The notes beneath the pieces were generated by a model that searched no databases, was not told where the DNA came from, and saw nothing but the letters and a program-made list of their open reading frames with translations. This document shows positions 18,816 through 28,615 of a stretch of 57,584 nt of DNA, piece by piece. The translations under genes and the position numbers were made by a program. Location: assembly GCA_016303095.1 (NCBI GenBank), contig JAEDMH010000001.1, positions 1 through 57,584 on the forward strand, given 5' to 3'. The stretch is from Lentisphaeria bacterium (GTDB taxonomy: Bacteria > Verrucomicrobiota > Lentisphaeria > Oligosphaerales > Oligosphaeraceae). The number at the start of each line of letters is the position of its first letter. Position 1 is the stretch's first letter.

Positions 18816-19900
18816 ATACATTGGGAAAAAACATTTGCGTCACCATCTTCGGGGAATCCCATGGCCCTGCCATCGGCTGTACCATTGAGGGACTTCCCGC
18901 CGGCTTCAAGGTGGATCAGGAGGCCCTGTCGGCCTTTCTCGCCCGGCGGGCGCCGGGGCACCATGGGTTGCTTGCCACCCAACGGAAAGAGGCGGACCGC
19001 CCGGAGTTCCTCTCGGGCCTCCTGGATGGGGTCCTCACGGGGGCCACGGTCTGCGCCATCATTCGCAATGGGGATCAGCACTCCAAGGACTACGGCAACC
19101 TGAAGGACTGCCCCCGCCCGGGCCACTCCGACTATCCCGCCTCTGTGAAATTCCATGGATGCAACGACATCCGGGGGGGAGGCATCTTCTCCGGCCGTCT
19201 GACGGCTCCCTTGTGCATCGCCGGGGGCATCGTGCGGCAGATTCTGGAGCAGGAAGGGATTGTCATCGGCGCCCATCTGCTTCAGGTGGGCACGGTGAAG
19301 GAAGCCCCCTTCGATCCCGTGAATGTCTCCGCCGCCACCCTGAAAGGATTGGACGAACAGCCCTTCCCTGTACTCTCCTCCGCCTCTCAGGCCGCCATGA
19401 GCCAGGAGGTGGAGCAGGCCCGCATGGCCTGCGATTCCGTGGGGGGAGTGGTGGAGGCCGCGGTGGTCGGCATGCCTCCGGGAATCGGGGATCCCATGTT
19501 CCTAGGGCTGGAAAACCGCCTGGCCCAGGCCCTCTTCGGCATCCCCGCGGTGAAGGGAGTCTCCTTCGGTGACGGCTTCCACGCCAGCGCACGCCGGGGC
19601 TCGGAGAATAACGATCCTTACACCGTGGACGAGGAGGGCAGGATCCGCACGGTGACCAATCACTGCGGCGGCATCCTGGGAGGCATCTCCACGGGCATGC
19701 CCATCCTTTTCCAGGCCGCCTTCAAACCCACCTCTTCCATCGCCAAACCCCAGCAGAGCGTGAGCCTCTCTCGACGGGAAGTCCAGGAATTGCGGGTGGT
19801 GGGACGTCATGATCCCTGCATCGCCATCCGGGCGGTACCCGTGGTCATTGCCGCCGCCGCCCTGGCTCTCTACGATGCGCTTCGGGAACCCCGCCCCTGA
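18812..19900 (+). CDS. aroC: Chorismate synthase
   Basis: NTLGKNICVTIFGESHGPAIGCTIEG, GGILGGISTG and GRHDPC motifs. GTG start at 18812 overlaps the aroA stop (GTGA). Confidence 0.9.
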   Translation: MNTLGKNICVTIFGESHGPAIGCTIEGLPAGFKVDQEALSAFLARRAPGHHGLLATQRKEADRPEFLSGLLDGVLTGATVCAIIRNGDQHSKDYGNLKDCPRPGHSDYPASVKFHGCNDIRGGGIFSGRLTAPLCIAGGIVRQILEQEGIVIGAHLLQVGTVKEAPFDPVNVSAATLKGLDEQPFPVLSSASQAAMSQEVEQARMACDSVGGVVEAAVVGMPPGIGDPMFLGLENRLAQALFGIPAVKGVSFGDGFHASARRGSENNDPYTVDEEGRIRTVTNHCGGILGGISTGMPILFQAAFKPTSSIAKPQQSVSLSRREVQELRVVGRHDPCIAIRAVPVVIAAAALALYDALREPRP

Positions 19901-19999
19901 GGAGGAGAGGCAAGGCTGCCCCCCCCTCCTCCCCACGGGAAATTGGCAGGGAGGAAGGGAGTCTCTGGATCAAACATAAAATAGGAATAGAAGGAAGTC

Positions 20000-21046
20000 A
20001 TGGAGAAGAAAAAGAACTGGATTCTGGTGACCGGCGGCGCCGGTCTGATTGGCAGCGCCATCGTACATGAACTGAATCTCCGGGGATACGAGAACATTGT
20101 CATCGTGGATCACCTGGGAACCGGGGAAAAATGGCAAAATCTCCGGGCTCTCCGCTTCGCTGACTATTTCGAGAAAAACTCCTCCTTCTACGACGAACTC
20201 CTCCAGGGACGCTTCGACCAAGTCTATCCCTTCCAAACCATCTTCCATCTGGGCAACTGCTCCGACACCACGGAAGCCGACGCTTCTTATCTAATGGAGA
20301 ATAACTTCCTCTGTGGAAAGAAGTTAGTGGAATATTGCCGCCGCCGTGGCGTCCGTATGATCTACGCTTCCAGCGCCGCCACCTACGGGGATGGGGAAGC
20401 GGGGTTCCAGGATCGGGAGGAGCAGGTCCACGTTCTCCGCCCCTTGAACAAATACGGCTATTCCAAGCAGATCTTCGACCAGTATCTTCTGCAGCGGGGA
20501 TGGCTGGCCGGGGTGTTGGAGGGAGGAGCCTCCTTTGTGGGGGTGAAGTACTCCAATGTCTTTGGCCCCAACGAGTACCACAAGGGGAAGATGCGCAGCA
20601 TGCTTCTTCGGTGTTTCGAGCAGATCACCCAAACCGGGGAGGTGAAGCTCTTCCGGAGCTATCGTCCGGAGTACGGGGACGGGGAGCAGGTTCGGGATTT
20701 TCTCTATGTGGAGGATGCGGCGAAGATGACCGTTTTCTTCATGGAGGGGCAGGGGCTTTCCGCCACGGGGCTCTACAACATTGGCTATGGCAGCACCCGC
20801 ACCTGGAACGATTTGGCCCGGGCCATGTTTGCCGCCATGGGGAAGCCCGTGAAAATCCAATACATTGAGATGCCGGAGGAACTGAAGGCCCGGTATCAGT
20901 ACTACACCTGCCTGGAGATGGAGAAGCTCCGCCGGGCCGGATACAGGGAGGCTCCCTTGACGCTGGAGGAGGCCGCCCGGAAATATGTGGCCTATCTGCG
21001 AAAAGGAGCCCATCTGGGGGATGAACATCTCCTCGACCATGACTAG
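20000..21046 (+). CDS. hldD: ADP-L-glycero-D-manno-heptose 6-epimerase
   Basis: ILVTGGAGLIGSAIV, IYASSAATYG, YGYSK and RYQYYT blocks align over the full length with remembered E. coli HldD/RfaD. Confidence 0.85.
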   Translation: MEKKKNWILVTGGAGLIGSAIVHELNLRGYENIVIVDHLGTGEKWQNLRALRFADYFEKNSSFYDELLQGRFDQVYPFQTIFHLGNCSDTTEADASYLMENNFLCGKKLVEYCRRRGVRMIYASSAATYGDGEAGFQDREEQVHVLRPLNKYGYSKQIFDQYLLQRGWLAGVLEGGASFVGVKYSNVFGPNEYHKGKMRSMLLRCFEQITQTGEVKLFRSYRPEYGDGEQVRDFLYVEDAAKMTVFFMEGQGLSATGLYNIGYGSTRTWNDLARAMFAAMGKPVKIQYIEMPEELKARYQYYTCLEMEKLRRAGYREAPLTLEEAARKYVAYLRKGAHLGDEHLLDHD

Positions 21047-21857
21047 GCCCAGGACAAGACCACGCCTCCCCGGGCTGCCCCTCCTCCTGGCGCTTCTCCT
21101 TCTCCCCGGAGTGGCCTCCCTTCCCCTCCTCCAGGGAGAGGAAGCGCCCTCCGATGTCGCGCAAAATCTCTCCATCCAACTGGCGGAAAGCCGGGAACTC
21201 AATGCCCAGCTCCGGGAGGAGGTGGAACAGCTCCGCCAACAGGGCAGGGAACGGGAAAGGGAATTGGCGGAACTCCGCCGGGAATACGCGACTCTTCTCT
21301 TGGAAACGGATCGCCTGGCCGGACAGCTGGCACGCCAGGATCTGGCCGCCGCCCACCTGATCCGGGAAGGGGAAAAGGACGCCCCCGAAGAGCCGGACGC
21401 CCTCCTGATGCTCTCCGCCTTGGGAGAGTGCCGACGCCTGCTCCAAGAGCTCCAAAAGGCCTGGGAACGACACCAGGAGGCCGTGGATGCCGCTCTGGAG
21501 GCCACCCAGGCCTCCCAGGCCCTCCGAATCCCCTTGGAACGCCAGCGGGAGGAATTGCAGGCGCACTGGGAGAAGGCCTTGAAGGCCCTGGGACTGGCCA
21601 CCCTCCCCCAATTGCAGGCCTCCACCGGCAGCACTGCCGTCCTGCAAATCGACCAGGCCACCCAACTGGTGCTCTTGGATCAGGGAAGCCTTCACGGACT
21701 CCGAGAAGGGCAGAGCCTCCTGTTCCAACGGGAGGGCCATCCCCTGATTCGCCTGAAAATCGCTTTGGTGCGCCCCCTGCGCGCCGTGGCCTTCCCTCTG
21801 GAGGGAAAGGTGGAGCAGCTCGCCCCGGGAACTCTCCTGCGCCGGGAAACCCCCTGA
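21039..21857 (+). CDS. Secreted coiled-coil hypothetical protein
   Basis: Signal-like MTRPRTRPRLPGLPLLLALLLLPGVA, then Leu/Glu/Arg/Gln heptad-rich sequence. Overlaps the hldD end by 8 nt. No family recognised. Confidence 0.5.
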   Translation: MTRPRTRPRLPGLPLLLALLLLPGVASLPLLQGEEAPSDVAQNLSIQLAESRELNAQLREEVEQLRQQGRERERELAELRREYATLLLETDRLAGQLARQDLAAAHLIREGEKDAPEEPDALLMLSALGECRRLLQELQKAWERHQEAVDAALEATQASQALRIPLERQREELQAHWEKALKALGLATLPQLQASTGSTAVLQIDQATQLVLLDQGSLHGLREGQSLLFQREGHPLIRLKIALVRPLRAVAFPLEGKVEQLAPGTLLRRETP

Positions 21858-22293
21858 CGCCACCCCCACCCCCCATCTCCTCCCGGAGAAAGAAATTCCG
21901 CCCCCCCTCCGCCCTTTTCCGGGGAATGTGATGTCCTGACCTGTCCGGTGGGTGGAAAAAATGGAGAATGGAGTTACATTAAGCAACCTTGTCTGCGGTT
22001 CTTCCCTGGTCTCCCAGGAGAACCTGCAATGACTCTCTGCCGAATCCCGGCTGGGCGGGGTTTCTCGCCATGGCTGGACAGGCTCCGTTGGTGGCGTATT
22101 CCTCGTCATACCCCGGAGCAGGGCAGGGAAGATCCCCGGACGGCGACAGGCTAGGCCTGCGCCTCCCCTCGGAAAAACCCCGTTGTGACCGCCCTCGTGC
22201 CGGCTGGCCCGACGCCATGGGGCGTCCATCCCCCTTTTTTTCTGTTTTTTTCTCTAGAAATCGTCCCAACCAGGAAACCCAAACACAGCAAAG

Positions 22294-22635
22294 ATGGAAA
22301 AAATCGCCATTTCCAAGTATGTGCGGATTTCCCCCTTCAAGGCTCGTGAAGTCACGAGGCTGATCCAGGGGAAGCCCGCCATCACGGCGCTGAACACCGT
22401 GGCGCTGATTCCCCGCAAGGCAGCCCGCCTGGTGGAATCCACGCTGAAGTCCGCCATCGCCAATGCGGAACACGCAGAGCAGGGCGCGGTGAATCGCGCC
22501 GCACTCGTCGTGAAGGAAGCCACCATTGGTGAGGGGCCGACCATGCGCCGCTTCTGGCCGCGCAGCCGCGGCTCCGCCGGCCGTATCCTCAAACGGACCA
22601 GCCATATCCGCATCGTCGTCTCTGACGAGGCATAA
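22294..22635 (+). CDS. rplV: 50S ribosomal protein L22
   Basis: ISKYVRISPFKAREVTRLIQGK and RILKRTSHI motifs. 113 aa. Confidence 0.95.
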   Translation: MEKIAISKYVRISPFKAREVTRLIQGKPAITALNTVALIPRKAARLVESTLKSAIANAEHAEQGAVNRAALVVKEATIGEGPTMRRFWPRSRGSAGRILKRTSHIRIVVSDEA

Positions 22636-22650
22636 TCAGGAGGAATTACT

Positions 22651-23457
22651 GTGGGTCAAAAAGTCAATCCAATCGGATTCCGCCTCCCCCTCCGCAAGGA
22701 CTGGAAGTCTCGCTGGTTCGCACGGAGCAAAGAGAAGGCCGGCAGCATCAACAAGTCCTTTGGAGAACTCCTCCAGGAGGATCTCAAAATCCGCAAGCGC
22801 CTGGACGCCCTTCTGAAGAACGCCAGCGTCTCCAAGGTGCTCATCGAACGCTTCGGCCGCCGTCTCCGCCTCACCATCTTCACCTCCAGGCCCGGCGTCA
22901 TCATCTCCGGACACTTCGAGGAACGGAATGACCGCCGCGGCAAGCCCGCCCCCGCCGCCGATCCGAAGGCCGAGAAGAAGGGACAGGGACTGGACAAGAT
23001 CAAGGAGGAGCTGAAGGACATCGCCGTGGACGAGGAAGTCCTGGTGGATGTGAAGGAAATCCGGGTCCCCGAAGTGGACGCCGTCCTGGTGGCGGAGTCC
23101 ATCGCCCAGCAGCTGGAGCGCCGCGTGGCCTTCCGCCGCGCCATGAAGCGCGCCATCCAGACTGCCATGGAACGTGGCGCCGAGGGCGTCAGAATCCGCA
23201 TCAGCGGGCGTCTCGGCGGCGCTGAACTGGCCCGTGTCGAACAGTATAAGGAAGGGAAGGTGCCCCTGCACACCCTCTCCGCCAACATCGACTACGGCTT
23301 CGTGGAAGCCCACACCCTGGCCGGCCTGATTGGAATCAAAGTTTGGATCTGCAAACCCGAAAACTGGGAGGAAATCAACAATGCCATTAATGCCAAAACG
23401 CGCAGAGCACCGAAAGGTGCAACGCGGAACGCGCGCGGGCCTCGCAACGCGCAATAA
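22651..23457 (+). CDS. rpsC: 30S ribosomal protein S3 (carries lineage-type insertions)
   Basis: GTG start after an AGGAGG RBS. GQKVNPIGFRL, ESIAQQLERRVAFRRAMKRA, GRLGGAE and PLHTL motifs. About 22 extra residues lie next to the KH GKKG loop. Confidence 0.95.
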   Translation: MGQKVNPIGFRLPLRKDWKSRWFARSKEKAGSINKSFGELLQEDLKIRKRLDALLKNASVSKVLIERFGRRLRLTIFTSRPGVIISGHFEERNDRRGKPAPAADPKAEKKGQGLDKIKEELKDIAVDEEVLVDVKEIRVPEVDAVLVAESIAQQLERRVAFRRAMKRAIQTAMERGAEGVRIRISGRLGGAELARVEQYKEGKVPLHTLSANIDYGFVEAHTLAGLIGIKVWICKPENWEEINNAINAKTRRAPKGATRNARGPRNAQ

Positions 23458-23800
23458 CAAGCTGGACTTCGGCGACTACGGCCTGCAGGTTCTGGATCGC
23501 GCCTGGCTTACTGGCGCCCAGATCGAGGCGGCCCGTGTGGCGGCTACCCGCCGCATGGAGAGAAAAGGCCAGCTTTGGCTGCGCATCTTCCCCGACAAGC
23601 CCGTCTCCAAGAAGCCCCTGGAAACCCGTATGGGAAAGGGAAAGGGCGCTCCCGAGTTCTGGGTGGCCGTCATTCGTCCCGGCAACATGGTGATTGAGAT
23701 CTCCGGATGCTCCGAGACCGTCGCCAAGGAAGCCCTGGCCCTGGCCGCCAGCAAGCTGCCTGTCCGCTGCCGGTTCCTCTCCCGTTACGTCGCCGAATAG
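23381..23800 (+). CDS. rplP: 50S ribosomal protein L16
   Basis: MPLMPKRAEHRKVQRG, MGKGKG and EFWVAVI motifs. The start (23381, or 23390) lies inside the 3' end of rpsC. Confidence 0.9.
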   Translation: MPLMPKRAEHRKVQRGTRAGLATRNNKLDFGDYGLQVLDRAWLTGAQIEAARVAATRRMERKGQLWLRIFPDKPVSKKPLETRMGKGKGAPEFWVAVIRPGNMVIEISGCSETVAKEALALAASKLPVRCRFLSRYVAE

Positions 23801-23933
23801 TCACGGCGCCGGCAAACCGCCCCTCCGGAAGAACGGGGAGGAGAAAAACGGGAACTTCCCCCCTCCTCCCTCTTCTCCGAACCCCGGAGGAGCCCGGATG
23901 CCGGCATAGCCAGAGACCAAGGAGAATTTCAAG

Positions 23934-24131
23934 ATGAAAGCATCCGAGATCCGTCAGAAGACCGACGACGAGATTCTGCAGCAGCTGAACGACTGCCGCA
24001 AGGAAATCTTCCAGCTCCGCCTGAAGGTGCAGACCAGCGAACTGAAGGACACCGCGCGCATCGGAAAGCTCCGCAAGGACATCGCCCGTCTGAACACCGA
24101 AATCTCCGCCCGCAAGGCGGCCAAGGCCTAA
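23934..24131 (+). CDS. rpmC: 50S ribosomal protein L29
   Basis: 65 aa. MKASEIRQKTDDEILQQLNDCRKEIFQLRLK is typical of L29. Confidence 0.9.
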   Translation: MKASEIRQKTDDEILQQLNDCRKEIFQLRLKVQTSELKDTARIGKLRKDIARLNTEISARKAAKA

Positions 24132-24152
24132 CCGCGAAAGGGGTAACGAAAG

Positions 24153-24458
24153 ATGTCAGAAGATACGCAGAAAGTTGACGCCCCCGCTCAGACGGAGGCC
24201 CGCGAAAACCACCGCAAGGTGCGCGTGGGAACGGTGGTTAGCGACAAGCAGGACAAAACCCGCGTGGTCGCCGTGGCCCGCACCGCCCCCGATCCCCTCT
24301 ACAAAAAGGTGATCAAGCACACCAGCAAGTGCTACGTCCACGACGAAAAGAACGAGTCCAAGATGGGCGACGTGGTCCGCATCATGGAAACCCGCCCCCT
24401 CTCCAAGTTGAAGCGCTGGCGCCTGGTGGAAATCCAGAAGCACGCCGACACGGATTAA
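24153..24458 (+). CDS. rpsQ: 30S ribosomal protein S17
   Basis: [44 protein letters not shown] and KRWRLVEI motifs. Confidence 0.9.
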   Translation: MSEDTQKVDAPAQTEARENHRKVRVGTVVSDKQDKTRVVAVARTAPDPLYKKVIKHTSKCYVHDEKNESKMGDVVRIMETRPLSKLKRWRLVEIQKHADTD

Positions 24459-24485
24459 CCTCAACCCAGCCCAGGAGTAACAATC

Positions 24486-24851
24486 ATGATTCAGATGCAG
24501 ACCACACTCGAGGTGGCTGACAACACCGGCGCCAAGGAAATCATGGCCATCCGGTGCCTCGGGCAAGGCAAGGAGTACGCCGAAATCGGCGACATCATCC
24601 GGGCCAGCGTCAAGGAAGCTCAGCCCCGTGGCGTCGTCAAGAAGGGCGACGTCGTCAAGGCGGTCGTCGTCCGCACCGCCAAGAACATCCGCCGCGCCGA
24701 CGGCAGCTGCCTCCGGTTCGACCGGGACGCCGCCGTGATCATCGACGACGCCAACAATCCCCGCGGCACCCGCATCTTCGGACCGGTTGCCCGCGAACTG
24801 CGAGACAAGAATTTCACCAAAATCATCTCGCTGGCCCCGGAGGTGCTCTAA
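24486..24851 (+). CDS. rplN: 50S ribosomal protein L14
   Basis: [24 protein letters not shown] and [10 protein letters not shown] motifs. Confidence 0.95.
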   Translation: MIQMQTTLEVADNTGAKEIMAIRCLGQGKEYAEIGDIIRASVKEAQPRGVVKKGDVVKAVVVRTAKNIRRADGSCLRFDRDAAVIIDDANNPRGTRIFGPVARELRDKNFTKIISLAPEVL

Positions 24852-25120
24852 TGTCCAAAGCCAACATCAAGAAGAACGACGTGGTCGTCGTCATCGCCGG
24901 CGCCGAAAAGGGCAAGTCTGGCAAGGTGCTTCGGGTTGACCGCAAGGCTGGCCGGGTGTATGTGGAGGGCCTCAACATCCAGAAGAAGACCATCCGCCGC
25001 AGCCAGGAGAAGCCCCAGGGCGGCATTATGGACGTGGAAGGCCCCATCGCCATCAGCAACGTGATGGAGGAAGGCCGTTACAACGCCCGTCCCCAGATCG
25101 CCAAGGCGAAGCAGGCTTAG
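24851..25120 (+). CDS. rplX: 50S ribosomal protein L24
   Basis: [27 protein letters not shown] motif. ATG overlaps the rplN TAA stop (TAATG). Confidence 0.9.
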   Translation: MSKANIKKNDVVVVIAGAEKGKSGKVLRVDRKAGRVYVEGLNIQKKTIRRSQEKPQGGIMDVEGPIAISNVMEEGRYNARPQIAKAKQA

Positions 25121-25137
25121 ACGGCAGGAGGTGACCA

Positions 25138-25683
25138 ATGAACACGAATCCTCTCTACAAGAAATACCAGGATGAGGTGATCCCCGCCCTGAAGGCCAAT
25201 CACGGCTACCAGAACCCCATGCAGGTTCCCAAGCTGGTGAAGGTGGTGCTCAACAGCGGCGTCTCCCCCGACAAGGATCGGGAGACCCTCAACGAGGTGG
25301 TGGACACCCTGAGCCGGATCACCGGCCAGAAGGCCATCATCACCAAGACCACGAAGAACATCTCCCAGTTCAAGCTGCGTGCCGGCATGAACGTGGGAGC
25401 CTCCGTCACCCTCCGCCGGGAGAAGATGTACAACTTCCTCTACCGGCTGGTCAACATCGTGTTGCCCCGCGTCCGCGACTTCCGCGGCGTGCCCACCAAG
25501 TCCTTCGACGGTGCGGGAAACTACACCTTCGGATTGGCAGAACAGTCCGTCTTCACCGAGATTGACATGGACAAGGCCAAGCACACGGTGGGAATGAACA
25601 TCACCATCGTCACCACGGCCAAGACCGATGACGAGGCGCGGGACCTGCTCGCGCTCTTGGGCATGCCTTTCGCCAAGAACTGA
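25138..25683 (+). CDS. rplE: 50S ribosomal protein L5
   Basis: [19 protein letters not shown] and [11 protein letters not shown] motifs. Confidence 0.95.
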   Translation: MNTNPLYKKYQDEVIPALKANHGYQNPMQVPKLVKVVLNSGVSPDKDRETLNEVVDTLSRITGQKAIITKTTKNISQFKLRAGMNVGASVTLRREKMYNFLYRLVNIVLPRVRDFRGVPTKSFDGAGNYTFGLAEQSVFTEIDMDKAKHTVGMNITIVTTAKTDDEARDLLALLGMPFAKN

Positions 25684-25696
25684 GGAGGATACCGCT

Positions 25697-25882
25697 GTGG
25701 CTAAGAAAAGTCTGATCGTCAAGTCCCAAAGGACGCCGAAGTTCAGCTCCCGGGCCTACACCCGCTGTGAGCGCTGCGGCCGTGTCCGCGCCGTGTATCG
25801 CAAATTCCACCTCTGCCGCATCTGCCTGCGGGAACTGGCCAGCAATGGCATGATCCCCGGCGTGACCAAGGCGAGTTGGTAA
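25697..25882 (+). CDS. rpsZ: 30S ribosomal protein S14, type Z (zinc-binding)
   Basis: GTG start. 61 aa. CERCGR..17..CRIC Zn ribbon, and ends in KASW. Confidence 0.9.
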   Translation: MAKKSLIVKSQRTPKFSSRAYTRCERCGRVRAVYRKFHLCRICLRELASNGMIPGVTKASW

Positions 25883-25903
25883 CCGGAAGGAGGCATAACA
25901 ACC

Positions 25904-26308
25904 ATGAGCATGAGCGATCCCATTGCCGATATGCTGACTCGGGTGCGCAACGCCTCGAATGCCAAGCTGCCCACTGTCACCATGCCCTCCAGCAAGCTGA
26001 AGGCCGCCCTGGCCCAGACGCTGAAGGAGACGGGGTTCATCGACAGCTTTGAGGTCCAGGACCTGGGCAACAACAAGAAGGCCCTGAACATCACGCTGAA
26101 GTACAAGGGCAAGAATTCCACTCCTGTCATCGAGGGGATCAAGCGGGTCAGCCGCCCCTCCTGCCGGGTCTATGTGAACAGTTCCGAAATTCCCCGTGTC
26201 CTGGGCGGACTGGGGGTGGCCATCCTGACCACCTCCCAGGGCCTGATGACGGACCGCGCGGCGCGGAAGCGCAACGTGGGCGGTGAACTGCTTTGCTATG
26301 TCTGGTAG
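25904..26308 (+). CDS. rpsH: 30S ribosomal protein S8
   Basis: [14 protein letters not shown] start and GGELLCYVW end. Confidence 0.95.
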   Translation: MSMSDPIADMLTRVRNASNAKLPTVTMPSSKLKAALAQTLKETGFIDSFEVQDLGNNKKALNITLKYKGKNSTPVIEGIKRVSRPSCRVYVNSSEIPRVLGGLGVAILTTSQGLMTDRAARKRNVGGELLCYVW

Positions 26309-26328
26309 CGCTAAAGGGAGGAACCGCA

Positions 26329-26868
26329 ATGTCTAGAATGGGTAACAAGCCGATTGCACTGGATCCCAAGGTGAAGGTGGAAATCAAGGACGGAGTGGCT
26401 ACCGTCACCGGCCCCAAGGGCACCCTGACCCAGTCCATCCCCGCCGATGTCACCGTGAAGGTGACGGAGGACGGCAAGGAGATCCTGGTGACCCGGGCCA
26501 GCGACGCGCGTCAGACCAAGATGAACCATGGTCTGATCCGCAGTCTGATGAACAACATGGTGGTGGGCGTCAGCAAAGGCTTCGCCATCGAGTTGGAGCT
26601 GGTGGGCGTGGGATACCGCGCCGCCCTCAAGGGCCAGGAGCTCACCTTGAACCTGGGATATAGCAATCCCCGGGTGGAGGTGGTTCCCGAGAATGTGAAG
26701 GTCACCCTGAAGGACCAGACTCACATTCTGCTGGAGTCCATCGACAAGCAGGCGGTGGGGCAGGTGGCTGCCACCATCCGCCGCAACCGCGTGCCTGACG
26801 CCTACCACGGGAAGGGCGTTCGCTATGCCGGCGAGCAGCTCACCCTCAAGGAAGGCAAGAAGGTGTAG
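26329..26868 (+). CDS. rplF: 50S ribosomal protein L6
   Basis: MSRMGNKPI, VTGPKGTL, LVGVGYRA and PDAYHGKGVRY motifs. Confidence 0.95.
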   Translation: MSRMGNKPIALDPKVKVEIKDGVATVTGPKGTLTQSIPADVTVKVTEDGKEILVTRASDARQTKMNHGLIRSLMNNMVVGVSKGFAIELELVGVGYRAALKGQELTLNLGYSNPRVEVVPENVKVTLKDQTHILLESIDKQAVGQVAATIRRNRVPDAYHGKGVRYAGEQLTLKEGKKV

Positions 26869-27043
26869 TGTGTTTCGTCCCGGGCGCTGTGGCTGCGCTC
26901 TTCCTGCGGCTTGACCGCGGGGGGGGCCAGGCCTGGCGCCCTTTGGTGAAAGCGCGCTGCGAACCGGGAGGGGAGTGCCCTCTGCGGGTTCGTGGCGGCC
27001 GCCGTACCAAGCCGGCGGCAAGTGAAGAAGAGGACAAGAATTC

Positions 27044-27406
27044 ATGAGCAAACTCAGCAAGAAGGAACAGCGGGTGCGCCGTCACCGCCACATTCGAAAT
27101 AAGGTGGCCGGCACTGCCCAGATGCCCCGTTTGTGCGTCTGCCGCACAGGGGCCCACATCTATGCCCAGGTGATTGACGACGAGGCCGGGAACACCCTGG
27201 TCGCCGCCTCCACCGTGGAGAAGGTCTTCCGGGACCAGAAACTTTCCGCCAATGTGAAGAGTGCCCAGGTGATTGGCGCGGCCATTGCCCAGCGGGCCCT
27301 GGAGAAGGACATTAAGACCGTGGTCTTCGACCGTGGCGGGTTCCCCTACCACGGATGCGTCAAGGCCCTGGCCGACGCCGCCCGCGAGGCCGGCCTCCAG
27401 TTCTAG
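27044..27406 (+). CDS. rplR: 50S ribosomal protein L18
   Basis: [34 protein letters not shown] and [10 protein letters not shown] motifs. Confidence 0.9.
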   Translation: MSKLSKKEQRVRRHRHIRNKVAGTAQMPRLCVCRTGAHIYAQVIDDEAGNTLVAASTVEKVFRDQKLSANVKSAQVIGAAIAQRALEKDIKTVVFDRGGFPYHGCVKALADAAREAGLQF

Positions 27407-27439
27407 TCACCCACCGTCTCACATAGGGAGAATACATCC

Positions 27440-28045
27440 GTGACAACTGCAATTGAAGAAAATGTGACCGTGGCGGAGACCCCCGAGGCCAGCGTGCCCG
27501 CGGCTCCCCGGAAGTCCGAGGGCCGTCCTCCTCGCCGGGAGGGACGTCGCGACGCCCGCCGGGAGCGGGAGGTGGAGCAGGACGATCTGGAGGAACGCAC
27601 CATTGTGGTGAATCGTTCCACGAAGGTGGTGAAGGGAGGCAAGAATTTCTCCTTCAGCGCCCTGATCGTGGTGGGCGACAAGAAGGGTCGCGTGGGCATG
27701 GGCTTTGGCAAGGCCAACGAGCTCTCCGACGCCATCCGCAAGGGCGGCGAGCAGGCTCGCCGTCACATGATGACGGTTCCCACGTTGGGGTCCACCATCA
27801 CCCATGCGGTGGAGGCCCGCTTCTGCGCCGCCAAGGTGCTGGTGAAGCCTGCCAGTCAGGGAACGGGCGTGATCGCCGGCGGCGGCATGCGTGCTGTGCT
27901 GGAATTGGCGGGCATCCAGGATGTCCTGGCCAAGTCCCTGGGCAGCAGCAACCAGGCCAATGTGGTGAAGGCCACCTTTGATGCGCTGAAGAAGCTCCGC
28001 ACCAAGGCGGAGGTGATGGAGAAGCGCGACCTCAAGGCGCTTTAA
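27440..28045 (+). CDS. rpsE: 30S ribosomal protein S5 (Arg-rich N-terminal extension)
   Basis: GTG start. VNRSTKVVKGGKNFSFSALIVVGD and GTGVIAGGGMRAVLELAG motifs. Confidence 0.9.
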   Translation: MTTAIEENVTVAETPEASVPAAPRKSEGRPPRREGRRDARREREVEQDDLEERTIVVNRSTKVVKGGKNFSFSALIVVGDKKGRVGMGFGKANELSDAIRKGGEQARRHMMTVPTLGSTITHAVEARFCAAKVLVKPASQGTGVIAGGGMRAVLELAGIQDVLAKSLGSSNQANVVKATFDALKKLRTKAEVMEKRDLKAL

Positions 28046-28057
28046 GGAGGAGTTCCC

Positions 28058-28615
28058 ATGAAACTTCACGAACTGAAGAATACCTTCAATCGCCAGGCCC
28101 GCAAGCGTGTTGGCCGGGGCGACGGTTCCGGAAACGGCCGCACCGCCGGCCGCGGTGACAAGGGTGCCGGCCAGCGGGCTGGCGCCAAGCGCCGCCCCTA
28201 CTTCGAGGGTGGCCAGATCCCCCTGATTCGCCGTCTGCCCAAGCGGGGCTTCAACCATGCCTCCCATGTGGATTTCGAGGTGGTGAACCTGGACATCCTG
28301 GAGAAGCACTTTGAGGCGGATCAGGAAGTCACCCGGGAGACCCTCCAGGCCAAGGGACTGCTCTCCAAGGCGGAACTGCCCCTGAAGATCCTCTCCAATG
28401 GCGAGGTGACCAAAGCCCTGAAGGTGACGGCGGACAAGTTCAGCGCCCAGGCCCGGGCCAAGATCGAGGCCGCCGGCGGCACTGCGACCCAGCTGATGCC
28501 CACGCGGGAAGAGGCCAAGGCCGCCAAGCACGCCGCCCACGTGGCCTGCAAGCACAAGAAGGCCGCTCTGGCCGCCCAGGCCGATCTGAAGGCTTCCGCT
28601 CCTGCCGCCGAGTAG
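28058..28615 (+). CDS. rplO: 50S ribosomal protein L15 (Ala/Lys-rich C-terminal extension)
   Basis: MKLHELK, RVGRGDGSGNGRTAGRGDKG and FEGGQIPLIRRLPKRGF motifs. Only 12 nt separate it from rpsE, so no rpmD lies between them. Confidence 0.9.
   Translation: MKLHELKNTFNRQARKRVGRGDGSGNGRTAGRGDKGAGQRAGAKRRPYFEGGQIPLIRRLPKRGFNHASHVDFEVVNLDILEKHFEADQEVTRETLQAKGLLSKAELPLKILSNGEVTKALKVTADKFSAQARAKIEAAGGTATQLMPTREEAKAAKHAAHVACKHKKAALAAQADLKASAPAAE

Noticed and set aside
21858-22293. Possible small RNA gene (SRP or 6S-like) in the 436-nt gap upstream of rplV.
   Set aside because: Segments superficially resembling the SRP domain IV (GUCCGG...) do not match the conserved GGAAGCAGCC core on either strand. 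No convincing structure was recognised by eye.
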